A DNA stretch of 59,394 nt from Acidimicrobiia bacterium (GTDB lineage: Bacteria; Actinomycetota; Acidimicrobiia; Spongiisociales; ZC4RG35). Below, one piece after another: positions 1 through 8,688 of the stretch; the stretch's first letter is position 1; every line of letters starts with the position of its first letter. Position numbers and translations under genes: made by a program. The notes below the pieces were generated by a model. It made no database searches, was not told the origin of the DNA, and saw only the letters and a program-made list of their open reading frames with translations. The DNA lies in contig DATFFO010000082.1 of NCBI GenBank assembly GCA_035250025.1, forward strand, positions 1 to 59,394, given 5' to 3'.

Positions 1-85
1 GCCACATTCCCAGCCTATTCGCGGCGAATGTCGGCTGCGGCGGGCTTGGTTTGGCGTTCCCGACACGAGCGTCGACACTTTCGGG

Positions 86-1492
86 ATGCAGGCCAAGACC
101 CTCTTCGAGAAGGTGTGGGACGACCACGTCGTCCATTCCGCCCCGGGGGAACCGGACCTGCTCTTCATCGATCTCCACCTCGTCCACGAGGTGACGTCAC
201 CGCAGGCGTTCGAGTCCCTCCGTCTGGCAGGACGGGAGGTTCGCCGGCCCGACCTCAGCCTGGCCACCATCGACCACGGCGTGCCCACCACGGAGCGTGC
301 CCTGGGGATCCGCGACCCGTTGTCGAAGAAGCAGATCGACACCCTCGTCGCCAACTGTGCCGCCACCGGCATCACCCTGTATGGGCTCGACGACCCCCGC
401 CAGGGAATCGTCCACGTCATCGGCCCAGAGCAGGGGATCACCCAGCCGGGCATGACGATCGTCTGCGGCGACAGCCACACCGCCACTCACGGGGCATTCG
501 GAGCGCTTGCCTTCGGGATCGGCACCTCCGAGGTCGAGCATGTGCTCGCCACCCAAACCCTTCCCCAGAGCCGGCCCAAGTCGATGAGCATCCAGGTGGA
601 AGGCCACCTGCCTCCCGGCGTGACGGCCAAGGACATAATCCTGGGGATCATCGCCCGGATGGGCACCGCCGGTGCCACCGGCCACGTCATCGAGTACCGG
701 GGCTCGGCGATATCCGACCTCTCGATGGAGGGGCGGATGACGATCTGCAACATGTCCATCGAAGGCGGCGCCCGGGCAGGGATGATCGCCCCCGACGACA
801 CCACGTTCGCCTACCTGGAGGGACGGCCCCGCGCTCCCCAGGGTCCTCAATGGGAAGCCGCCCTGGAGGCGTGGCGAGGTCTTCCCACCGACGAGGGAGC
901 GGCGTTCGACACCGAGATGCTCGTCGAAGCGGCCGACCTGGCGCCCTACGTCTCCTGGGGCACCAACCCGGGCCAGACCCTCCCGATCACGGCGGCCGTC
1001 CCCTCCCCCGACGAGTTCGACGATCCCGGCGACCGGGAGTCGGCCCGCCGCGCCCTGGAGTACATGGCTCTCATACCGGGCACTCCCCTGACCGAAATCG
1101 CGGTGGACCGGGTCTTCTTCGGCTCGTGCACCAACGCTCGGATCGAGGATCTCAGGGCCGGTGCCGCCCTGCTCGATGGACGCCAGGTCGCCCCCGGCGT
1201 CCAGGCGATGGTCGTCCCCGGGTCGGGCCTGGTGAAGCTCCAGGCTGAAGAGGAGGGCCTCGACCGCATCTTCAAGGAGGCGGGCTTCGAGTGGCGCGAC
1301 GCCGGATGCTCGATGTGCCTGGGCATGAACCCCGACATACTCGCCCCAGGCGAGCGCTGCGCCTCCACCTCCAACCGCAACTTCGAAGGTCGCCAGGGCA
1401 CCGGCGGCCGCACCCACCTCCTCAGCCCCCAGATGGCCATCGGCGCCGCCGTCACCGGCCACCTGACCGACATCCGGGAGTGGGGTTCGTGA
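86..1492 (+). CDS. leuC: 3-isopropylmalate dehydratase large subunit
   Basis: 468-aa ORF with aconitase-family motifs ([28 protein letters not shown]). Its TGA overlaps the GTG start of the small-subunit gene. Confidence 0.95.
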   Translation: MQAKTLFEKVWDDHVVHSAPGEPDLLFIDLHLVHEVTSPQAFESLRLAGREVRRPDLSLATIDHGVPTTERALGIRDPLSKKQIDTLVANCAATGITLYGLDDPRQGIVHVIGPEQGITQPGMTIVCGDSHTATHGAFGALAFGIGTSEVEHVLATQTLPQSRPKSMSIQVEGHLPPGVTAKDIILGIIARMGTAGATGHVIEYRGSAISDLSMEGRMTICNMSIEGGARAGMIAPDDTTFAYLEGRPRAPQGPQWEAALEAWRGLPTDEGAAFDTEMLVEAADLAPYVSWGTNPGQTLPITAAVPSPDEFDDPGDRESARRALEYMALIPGTPLTEIAVDRVFFGSCTNARIEDLRAGAALLDGRQVAPGVQAMVVPGSGLVKLQAEEEGLDRIFKEAGFEWRDAGCSMCLGMNPDILAPGERCASTSNRNFEGRQGTGGRTHLLSPQMAIGAAVTGHLTDIREWGS

Positions 1493-2079
1493 AACCGGTC
1501 GACCAGATCGTCGGCACCGTCGCCCCGCTGCCGCGCGCCAACGTCGACACCGATCAGATCATGCCCAAGCAGTACCTGAAGCGGGTCGAGCGGACCGGCT
1601 ACGGCCAATTCCTGTTCAACGACTGGCGCAAGCAACCTGGCTTCGTCCTGGAGCGCCCCGAGTACCAGAACGCCAAGATCCTCGTCTCCGGCCCCAACTT
1701 CGGGTGTGGGTCGAGCCGTGAGCACGCCCCCTGGGGCCTGCAGGACTGGGGGTTCGAGGCGGTGGTCGCCCCTTCTTTCGCAGATATCTTCTTCAACAAC
1801 TGCACCAAGATCGGCCTCCTCCCGGTGACCCTGTCGGAGAAGGAGTGCCAGTACCTGATCGAGCTCGCCGAAGCGGAGCCCGACGCCGAAGTGGCCGTCT
1901 CGCTCTCCGACCAGACCGTGACCCACCGCCAGCAATTCTCCGCCACTTTCGAGTTCGACCCGTTCACGAAATGGTGTCTGGCCAACGGCCTGGACGACAT
2001 AGGTCTCACGCTCCGCCACCAAGACGAGATCGCCACCTTCGAGGCCGCCCGGCCCGGCTGGAAACCCTCCCTGGCCTGA
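1489..2079 (+). CDS. leuD: 3-isopropylmalate dehydratase small subunit
   Basis: In-frame GTG at 1489 (GTGA overlap with the leuC stop). Product [10 protein letters not shown]... carries [15 protein letters not shown] and FADIFFNN. The ORF-track start at 1291 lies inside leuC and is rejected. Confidence 0.92.
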   Translation: MKPVDQIVGTVAPLPRANVDTDQIMPKQYLKRVERTGYGQFLFNDWRKQPGFVLERPEYQNAKILVSGPNFGCGSSREHAPWGLQDWGFEAVVAPSFADIFFNNCTKIGLLPVTLSEKECQYLIELAEAEPDAEVAVSLSDQTVTHRQQFSATFEFDPFTKWCLANGLDDIGLTLRHQDEIATFEAARPGWKPSLA

Positions 2080-2080
2080 G

Positions 2081-2330
2081 CAGGGCGAACCTTTGTCCCC
2101 CACGAAGTGGGGGAAGGTCCCTGCCACCGGAGCGAAGCGAAGGTGGGAGGTAGGGGGATGCCCGCAGGGCAGGGCGAAACCGTCGCGAACCTTTCACCAG
2201 AGGCTCTCGTGGTGGGAGCGACTGCCCCCTACCCCACCGGCTCCGCTGCGCTCCGCCGGCGGGGACCCCTTCCCCCTTCGCTTCGCTCAGGGGGACAAAG
2301 CTCAGGGGGACAAACCTCCGACTTCGGGCG
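2081..2330 (+). repeat. Family-1 composite palindromic intergenic repeat, full copy (left arm - core - right arm)
   Basis: The left arm TTTGTCCCCCACGAAGTGGGGGAAGG...GGTAGGGGG and the right arm CCCCCTACCCC...CTCAGGGGGACAAA are imperfect inverted copies. Closely similar sequence recurs at 6598, 16292, 28341, 37491 and 58640. Confidence 0.85.
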
Positions 2331-3090
2331 TTTCGATCCGGTCGGGGCGGTCGGTGATGACACCGTGCACACCCAGTTCCCACAGGCGAGCCACGTCGGC
2401 GGGATGATTGACAGTCCACACATGGACCTGGAGCCCCGCCCTGTCCGCAGTGCGCACGAAACGACGGTCGATGACACCCAGCCCGTACATGCTGGGCGGG
2501 ACCTGGAGGGCGACGTACCCGCCCGGCCCCGGACGCCCGACCCGGCTCGAGATCCACCAGCTCCGCGCCGCCCGCGGGCCGGCTGAAACCTGTGCCCGAC
2601 CGGCGGAGCGCTCGACGATCCTGGCCAGACGACGGTCGGAGAAGCTGCCGACGATCACACGATCCCAGGCGTCCATGCGTTCGAGCACTGTCGTGACGGC
2701 ATCCTCGAGGCCGTCCTGCTTGAGGTCGGCGATCACCCCGGCTTCCGGGAACGTCGCCAGTACTTCGCCCAACGTCGGCACGCGGATTCCCCGCCCCCGA
2801 AACGGAAACCCGCCGTCGATCCAGTGGTTGTGCCCGGCGTCGAGACGGCGCAGCTCGGACAGCGTCAGCGCCGACACCGGCCCGGTTCCATCGGTCGTCC
2901 GATCGAGGGTGTCGTCGTGGAAGCAGACGACGTGACCGTCAGTGGTGAGATGGAGGTCCGTCTCCAGATGGGCGGCACCGGCCCTCAGGCCGCCGTCGAA
3001 CGCCACCATGGTGTTCTCAGGCCAGAGCAGGCGACTGCCGCGGTGGGCTATGACCTGGCGATCCAGCCAGGGACGGGTCAGCAGGCTCAC
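2302..3090 (-). CDS. glycerophosphodiester phosphodiesterase family protein
   Basis: 262-aa ORF with a GTG start and GDPD motifs (IAHRGS, PENT, ETDLHLTTDGHVVCFHDDTLDRTT). The last ~10 codons and the stop lie inside the repeat copy. Confidence 0.85.
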   Translation of the reverse strand: MSLLTRPWLDRQVIAHRGSRLLWPENTMVAFDGGLRAGAAHLETDLHLTTDGHVVCFHDDTLDRTTDGTGPVSALTLSELRRLDAGHNHWIDGGFPFRGRGIRVPTLGEVLATFPEAGVIADLKQDGLEDAVTTVLERMDAWDRVIVGSFSDRRLARIVERSAGRAQVSAGPRAARSWWISSRVGRPGPGGYVALQVPPSMYGLGVIDRRFVRTADRAGLQVHVWTVNHPADVARLWELGVHGVITDRPDRIETPEVGGLSP

Positions 3091-3134
3091 CCCGCGATGG
3101 TATCGGGCGCCGGCCCGACTCCATCGCCCGATGC

Positions 3135-3428
3135 TCAGTCGACGACGCGCTCCTTGAGACCGGTGAAGGGCGTGAAGTTGGCGTACTTGCGGGCGGGTAT
3201 GTCTATGGCGGCGCCAGTCGCCGGGTTGCGGCCCCGGCGAGCGGACCGTGACTTGGTGGCGAACGTGCCGAACCCCGAGATCGACACCTTGCGGCCGGCG
3301 TCCAACTCGACGGCGATGATGCCCTGCCCCGGCTCGGTCGAGAAGATGATGTCGAGGATCTCGGCCGCCTTGGCCTTGGAGATGTCAGCCTTGCCGGCGA
3401 GCTTGTCGGCCATCTCACTCTTGTTCAC
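3135..3428 (-). CDS. hup: HU-family DNA-binding protein
   Basis: GTG at 3428 is preceded by AAGGAGG. The 97-aa product VNKSEMADKL... has the HU signature GFGTF...RxGRNPxTG. The longer ORF-track N-terminus is rejected. Confidence 0.9.
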   Translation of the reverse strand: MNKSEMADKLAGKADISKAKAAEILDIIFSTEPGQGIIAVELDAGRKVSISGFGTFATKSRSARRGRNPATGAAIDIPARKYANFTPFTGLKERVVD

Positions 3429-3507
3429 GACGCCTCCTTGGGTGTTGAACAACGGTCCCCGGGCGGAACCGCCGCCAACCATAGGCGCCGAATAGCCGCA
3501 AATGCCG

Positions 3508-4740
3508 TCAAGTTCCCACGAGTACGCCGTCCTTGATGACCTTGTGGACGACGTCTGTCCCCGGTTCGGAAACGATGTCCAGCGCCGTTTCGGTGTCGAG
3601 CAGGACCAGGTCGGCGATCGACCCGAGCGCAACCCGGCCTTTGTCCGGTTCCTCGACCGCCAAGGCTCCCCCTCGCGTGGCCGACCACAGCGCCTGTTCG
3701 GGGTCGAGCCGCCCATGGTGAACCGACACGGCCATGGCCAGCGGCATGCTCGACACGGCTCCCCGACTGCACCCGGTGCCGAGAGCGACGACGACTCCCG
3801 CCTCCCACATCTCTCGCACCGGATCGGGGCGTCCCTCCAGCCAGGCAGCGGCAGGAACGCTCACCATCACGCTCCCCGACTCGGCCACGGTCTCGGCGAC
3901 ACCGTCCAACCCCGTCAGGCCGTCGACGCTCACGACCCGGCTTTCGAGGGCGACGTCCAGGGCTTCCTCGCCGTCGACGTGGACCCGCGGACGCATCCCG
4001 TGCCGCCGGCCGGTTTCGATCACGGCCCGGGCGTCGGCGTTGTCGAGAGGGCCCCCGACGACCAGGTCGAGATACGTGGCTATCCGCGACGTCGTGGGGA
4101 TCGTGACCGACTCGAGAGTGGGCCGGTAGCGGGCGCCCCTGGGGGGAGGTTCGGTTCCGACGACGACCGACGACACGACATCGCTCGGCAGCGACTCGGC
4201 GGCTGTGCGCACCGCCGCCAGCATTGTGACGTCGGCCTCGGGCGTGGGCGCACCCCACGCCCTCAGCTCCACCGTGGTCGCGCCCCGTTCCAGGGCCCGA
4301 CCGAGGAGTGCGGCAATTCCCTGCGCCATCTCCTCCACGTTCTCGTCGCTGGCGGCCTCCAGATGGCGGTGAGCATCCACGAAACCCGGCGTGACCATGC
4401 GCCCTTCGCACTCGACCTCTGGCAGGTCCCGGTATCCGTCAGGCAGTGCGCGCTGGCGCCCAACCCATGTCACCCGACCATGGCGAATCGCCACGGCAGC
4501 GCCATCGATCGACCCGAGGAACCCGCCATGGCGAGGATCGTTCGTGACCAGAGTCCCGATTCCGGTGAGGAGCAGGTCGCCGCTCGGTTCCGTCTCGGGC
4601 ACCGCCGCCAGCTCCGCCGCCAACCGGGCGCACTCACCGCAAATCGCCACTCCCCCGTGGCCCACGACCAGGCGATCGACAACGCGGCGGTCCTCACCGC
4701 AGAACGAGCACTGGCGGGCCATCAGCCCCATCCCATCCAC
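3508..4740 (-). CDS. amidohydrolase-family protein with N-terminal ClpX-type C4 zinc finger
   Basis: The N-terminus CSFCGEDRRVVDRLVVGHGGVAICGEC matches the ClpX zinc-binding domain pattern. The rest is imidazolonepropionase-like amidohydrolase (GFVDAHRHL HxH motif). The start could be GTG 4740 or ATG 4731/4722. Confidence 0.8.
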   Translation of the reverse strand: MDGMGLMARQCSFCGEDRRVVDRLVVGHGGVAICGECARLAAELAAVPETEPSGDLLLTGIGTLVTNDPRHGGFLGSIDGAAVAIRHGRVTWVGRQRALPDGYRDLPEVECEGRMVTPGFVDAHRHLEAASDENVEEMAQGIAALLGRALERGATTVELRAWGAPTPEADVTMLAAVRTAAESLPSDVVSSVVVGTEPPPRGARYRPTLESVTIPTTSRIATYLDLVVGGPLDNADARAVIETGRRHGMRPRVHVDGEEALDVALESRVVSVDGLTGLDGVAETVAESGSVMVSVPAAAWLEGRPDPVREMWEAGVVVALGTGCSRGAVSSMPLAMAVSVHHGRLDPEQALWSATRGGALAVEEPDKGRVALGSIADLVLLDTETALDIVSEPGTDVVHKVIKDGVLVGT

Positions 4741-4787
4741 ATCCTCGACAAGTTAACGAAGGTTGGCGCTGATACCCGGTAGGCGGG

Positions 4788-5747
4788 TCAGATCGGCTTC
4801 TCGTAGTCCCCGTACAGATCGGTGCGCACAAAGCCGAGCGACTCGTAGAGACGGAGCGCCCCGCTCGGGTTCTCGGTGTCGACCCCGAGGGCGGCTTCGG
4901 TCATCCCCCGCTCCCTGAGCACCGTCAGGCTCGAGGCGATGAGGGATCCGGCGATACCCATGCGCCGCCAACCTCGGGCGGTCGAGATGAACTCGGTCCA
5001 GCCCCGCAGACGGTCGAAAGTCTCGTTCTCGGCGGGGTCGATGAAGCTCCTGACCTGTCCGACCACCTCGTCGCCCGCCCAGGCGACCTGCCACAGGCTT
5101 GGATCGAAGTTCGGGAAGTCGAGCCACGCCTCCCAGTCGGTTTCCGTCTGCTCCACGTATCCCCGGTGGTCGCGGAAGGCCTCCACATCGGCCTCCCAGA
5201 TCTGACGCAGCTGTGCATCGAGGACCGGGCGTACTTCGACCCCGTCCGGGAGCGGCAGGTCGGGAATGTCGTCGAGGTTGGGGCGGACCAGTGTGGCGCC
5301 GTAGCGGACGGCGACGTACCCGCGCTCACGGAGGATCTTTGCCCGCGGCGTCGACTCGTCCGCCCAGTTCGCCAGGCGCTTGTCGCCGGCGGGATGAGTG
5401 CTCGCATTCGCGACCGCTCTGCTTTCGACCCAGTCGAACAGCCAGTCCTCCACCTCGGGGTGGTCGGGGTGGGCTTCGACGACTGTCCAGTAGACCCGGT
5501 AGCCCTCGGAGACGTCTTCCCACACCGTCCGGGCGTAACCGACGATGGTGGCGTCGGCTTCCGCCACGAGGATGTCCGTGGCAGGGTCGCAGCGCTGCAG
5601 GTGTTCGTACTGCTGGGCCATGTCCGGGACCGTCGCCACCTCGTCGGCGCCGTCGCGGCGGCGGACGGCGTTGATCACGTCGACCATTCCCGGGAGGTCG
5701 CTCGAGCCGGCGTAGGGCCGGGTGACGTATCCGCGCAGCGTTTGCAT
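4788..5747 (-). CDS. GNAT-family N-acetyltransferase (two-domain, MshD-like architecture)
   Basis: 319-aa ORF. The C-terminal acetyl-CoA binding region is RGWRRMGIAGSLI ... LYESLGF, with a second degenerate GNAT half at the N-terminus. Confidence 0.8.
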   Translation of the reverse strand: MQTLRGYVTRPYAGSSDLPGMVDVINAVRRRDGADEVATVPDMAQQYEHLQRCDPATDILVAEADATIVGYARTVWEDVSEGYRVYWTVVEAHPDHPEVEDWLFDWVESRAVANASTHPAGDKRLANWADESTPRAKILRERGYVAVRYGATLVRPNLDDIPDLPLPDGVEVRPVLDAQLRQIWEADVEAFRDHRGYVEQTETDWEAWLDFPNFDPSLWQVAWAGDEVVGQVRSFIDPAENETFDRLRGWTEFISTARGWRRMGIAGSLIASSLTVLRERGMTEAALGVDTENPSGALRLYESLGFVRTDLYGDYEKPI

Positions 5748-5806
5748 GGGGCCAAGGCTACGAGCGAGTCGGTTTCGTGGCGACCGAATTACCTACCATC
5801 GCGTCC

Positions 5807-6580
5807 ATGGCAGTCACCTACGAGATGCACGGAGATGTTGCCCTTCTCACGCTCGACCAGCCCGACCGCTACAACGCCGTGGACCAGGATCTGTGCGACG
5901 GCCTGGTCCACGGTCTCGGTCGCGCCGGGGCCGAGGCGAGGGCCGCGGTCATCACGGGAGCGGGCAAGGCGTTCTGCTCGGGCGCCGACCTCTCCGATCT
6001 GATGGACGAGTACGCGGTGGGCGGCCCGGACCTCCACCGCGTCATCGGCGAACGCTTCAATCCGATGGTCGAGGCGCTACTCGAGGCCCCCGTACCGACA
6101 GTCGCCGCCGTGAACGGCGCCGCCGCCGGGGCCGGAATGGGAATCGCTCTGGCCTGTGACCTGCGAGTGATGGCCGAGACCTCGTTCTTCCTCTCGGCCT
6201 TCATCGGCCTCGCCCTCATTCCCGACACCGGCACGACCTGGCTATTGCCCCATCATCTGGGACTCTCCCGGGCAATCGAGCTGACCTTCAGCAACCGCCG
6301 CCTTCCGGCCCCGGAAGCGGCCCAACTCGGCCTCACGTCGGACGTGGTGGCTCCGGAGATGGTGGTCGACCGGGCCCTGGAAGTGGCGGAGACCTTGGCG
6401 AACGGGCCGCGAGACGCCTACGTCGCCACCCGCCGCCTCCTGATCGCCGCCTCCTCCTCCGACCCGCGCGCCGCCCTCGCCGAAGAACGGGCAACCCAGG
6501 GAGAGTTGGGCACCTCCCCCAACCACCTGGAAGGCATGAATGCCTTCCAGGAAAAGCGTCCCCCAAACTTCCGCACGTAA
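5807..6580 (+). CDS. enoyl-CoA hydratase/isomerase (crotonase) family protein
   Basis: Crotonase motifs GAGKAFCSGADL and AAVNGAAAGAGMGIALACD. ATG 5807 is preferred; an alternative in-frame start at 5777 is possible. Confidence 0.85.
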   Translation: MAVTYEMHGDVALLTLDQPDRYNAVDQDLCDGLVHGLGRAGAEARAAVITGAGKAFCSGADLSDLMDEYAVGGPDLHRVIGERFNPMVEALLEAPVPTVAAVNGAAAGAGMGIALACDLRVMAETSFFLSAFIGLALIPDTGTTWLLPHHLGLSRAIELTFSNRRLPAPEAAQLGLTSDVVAPEMVVDRALEVAETLANGPRDAYVATRRLLIAASSSDPRAALAEERATQGELGTSPNHLEGMNAFQEKRPPNFRT

Positions 6581-6597
6581 CACCCCGGGAGTGAGAT

Positions 6598-6665
6598 CCC
6601 CCTACCCCACGCCTCCGCTGCGCTCCGGCGCGGGGGCCCCCTTCGCTGCGCTCAGGGGGACAAAC
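6598..6665 (+). repeat. Family-1 repeat, solo degenerate right arm
   Basis: CCCCCTACCCCACGCCTCCGCTGCGCTCCGG...CTCAGGGGGACAAAC lies between convergent gene ends. Confidence 0.75.
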
Positions 6666-6674
6666 TCCGTCGCG

Positions 6675-7247
6675 TCAAGGAGCGGCGGTGCGGGCCGCCA
6701 GGCGGGCCCATAGTCTCGAGATCGCCCGCCATAGCTTGACTACGAGCCACACCCCGAGGATCACGAAAATGATCACGACGACCAGCGCCACCACGGGCGC
6801 CGCCACGGCCAACGCCACGACACCCGCTACCAGACCGTCCTCGAACAGAGACAGGGAGATGTTGGAGACCGGCTCGGGAGAGACGTTGACCGCGGCACGG
6901 GTAGTGGCCTTGGTCGAATGCGATACGAGCGCCAGGCCGGCGGAAGTGCCGGCTCCCAGGGCCTCCGACATTCCGGCGTCGCCGGCCAGCCAATACCCGA
7001 TGGTCCCGGCGGCGACGGGCCGGATGACCGTATGGACAGCGTCCCAGATGTTGTCGAGGTAAGGAACCTTGTCGGCGAAGAACTCGACGGCGTAGAGGAC
7101 TCCTGCCCCGACCAGGACGGGCGTGGACGTGAGCTGTTCTGGCATTGGGGCTCCGCCGAGCCGGCCCACCAGGCCGAGGATGAGGGCGACCGCGTACACG
7201 TTCAGGCCCGACGCCCAGCCCGTCCCGGCGATCAGGCCCAGGTCCAT
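6675..7247 (-). CDS. DUF4126-like integral membrane protein
   Basis: Start at ATG 7247 (MDLGLIAGTGWASGLNVYAVAL...). It has several hydrophobic helices, and FFADKVPYLDNIWD is typical of the family. Confidence 0.72.
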   Translation of the reverse strand: MDLGLIAGTGWASGLNVYAVALILGLVGRLGGAPMPEQLTSTPVLVGAGVLYAVEFFADKVPYLDNIWDAVHTVIRPVAAGTIGYWLAGDAGMSEALGAGTSAGLALVSHSTKATTRAAVNVSPEPVSNISLSLFEDGLVAGVVALAVAAPVVALVVVIIFVILGVWLVVKLWRAISRLWARLAARTAAP

Positions 7248-7248
7248 G

Positions 7249-7653
7249 TCAGGGACGAACCACGTAAATCGACAACTCGAGCTCGGAACCACCGCGACCG
7301 AGGCCGATGCCGATGACGGTGTTGAGCCACGCCAGATCCTCGTTCCCGGTCTGGAAACTGATCAGCTCCTGCGGCGAGGCCGTCTTGTCCTCGTGGACGA
7401 TGCTTACTCCCGTGGCGCGGTATGCCACCGTCTCGCGCTTCTCCCCGATCGTCCCCCGGATCTCGAGGTCCATGTTGCCGTCGCTCCGCACCGTGACGTA
7501 GTCGATGCCCCGTACGGGCCGCTCCCCTTCCCAATGAGGCCCGGTCGCCGTGCCCTCGAAAGGAAAGTCGATCCGGGTCCCGGCGGGGACGTGGCCGAGC
7601 ATGCGTGGCGTCATGGACGCCTGGAGGGTGCTGAAGAGCTCGAGCTCGGGCAT
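7249..7653 (-). CDS. DUF3237-like small beta-barrel protein
   Basis: 134-aa ORF tightly packed between neighbouring genes. Family assignment is by overall sequence resemblance only. Confidence 0.65.
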   Translation of the reverse strand: MPELELFSTLQASMTPRMLGHVPAGTRIDFPFEGTATGPHWEGERPVRGIDYVTVRSDGNMDLEIRGTIGEKRETVAYRATGVSIVHEDKTASPQELISFQTGNEDLAWLNTVIGIGLGRGGSELELSIYVVRP

Positions 7654-7686
7654 GGCGGCGATGCCTTTCGTTGGCGGCGGCCCAGG

Positions 7687-8670
7687 CTACTCGTCCGGTC
7701 GCCGCAGGCTCGACCGCTCCCCGTATGCCCGCAACCAGGGCAGGACGTCGTCGAAGTACTTGCGGGCGTCGGGGCTGCGCAGGATCTGGGCGGCGTGGTT
7801 CATCAGCATCACCTGGCGAGCAGCCCAGTACAGCTCCAGCTCGGCCCGGCCCTGCACGGGCCACTCGCCGTGCTCGGAGTATCCGGTACGGAAGGCAGAG
7901 ATGAGACTGTCGAGGTCCGGCCGCATCCTGGCCCCGTACAGGGAAGTGGCGATGTCCTGGGCGGGCAGGGCCAGCATCAGGTCCTCGAAGTCGATGGCCC
8001 ATGCCCTCCCCATATAGAGATGGACGTTCCACTCGTGCAGGTCGCCGTGCACCACCATCGCCCGACCGGTCGCCCACCGTCGCCTCAGCTCGGAATCGAC
8101 CAGCTCGGCCGTCCGGCGAAGCAGGGGTCGGATCCCGGAGAAGAGGTCGTCGTAGCGGATCTCGTCGATCACGACCGGGTCCAGGGTCTCGGGGTAGTAG
8201 AACGTCCTGTCCCAGCGCCGCAGCTGGGACGGGTCGGCCGGCCGCCAGTCACCGTGACGGTGGAGCAGGGCCGAAACCCTCCCCAGGGCGCGATAGCCCG
8301 AGGTCCCGGCGCCGTCCCCGAGCGGCTCCCCCGGCACCCACGTGAACAGGACGCAGTGGCGGGGGCCCACGTCGGTGTCGAAGTCGACCACCAGGCGACC
8401 GGATGGGGTCGGCACGGGGGTGGCCAGGTTGAGTTGGGGGTCGTTGGCCAGGTGGTCCAACCAGGCGACCTCGAGGTCGATGTTGCTCCGCGTGTTCGAC
8501 TTGGGACGGCTCACCCTGAGCACGAGACGGCGGCCGTCGACGAGATCGGCTCGATAGAGCACGTTGCTGTGGGTGGCGAGATGGGACAGCCGCGACACCG
8601 CCATCCCATATCCTCGCTCCAGCACGTCCAGGGCGGCGTCGGTCAGCCTCTGGCTCGGCAGATCAGACAC
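7687..8670 (-). CDS. aminoglycoside/choline-kinase-like phosphotransferase (APH family)
   Basis: Kinase catalytic loop VVHGDLHEWNVHL and AIDFEDL metal-binding motif. Confidence 0.8.
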   Translation of the reverse strand: MSDLPSQRLTDAALDVLERGYGMAVSRLSHLATHSNVLYRADLVDGRRLVLRVSRPKSNTRSNIDLEVAWLDHLANDPQLNLATPVPTPSGRLVVDFDTDVGPRHCVLFTWVPGEPLGDGAGTSGYRALGRVSALLHRHGDWRPADPSQLRRWDRTFYYPETLDPVVIDEIRYDDLFSGIRPLLRRTAELVDSELRRRWATGRAMVVHGDLHEWNVHLYMGRAWAIDFEDLMLALPAQDIATSLYGARMRPDLDSLISAFRTGYSEHGEWPVQGRAELELYWAARQVMLMNHAAQILRSPDARKYFDDVLPWLRAYGERSSLRRPDE

Positions 8671-8688
8671 GCGAGCGACGATAGGCGA

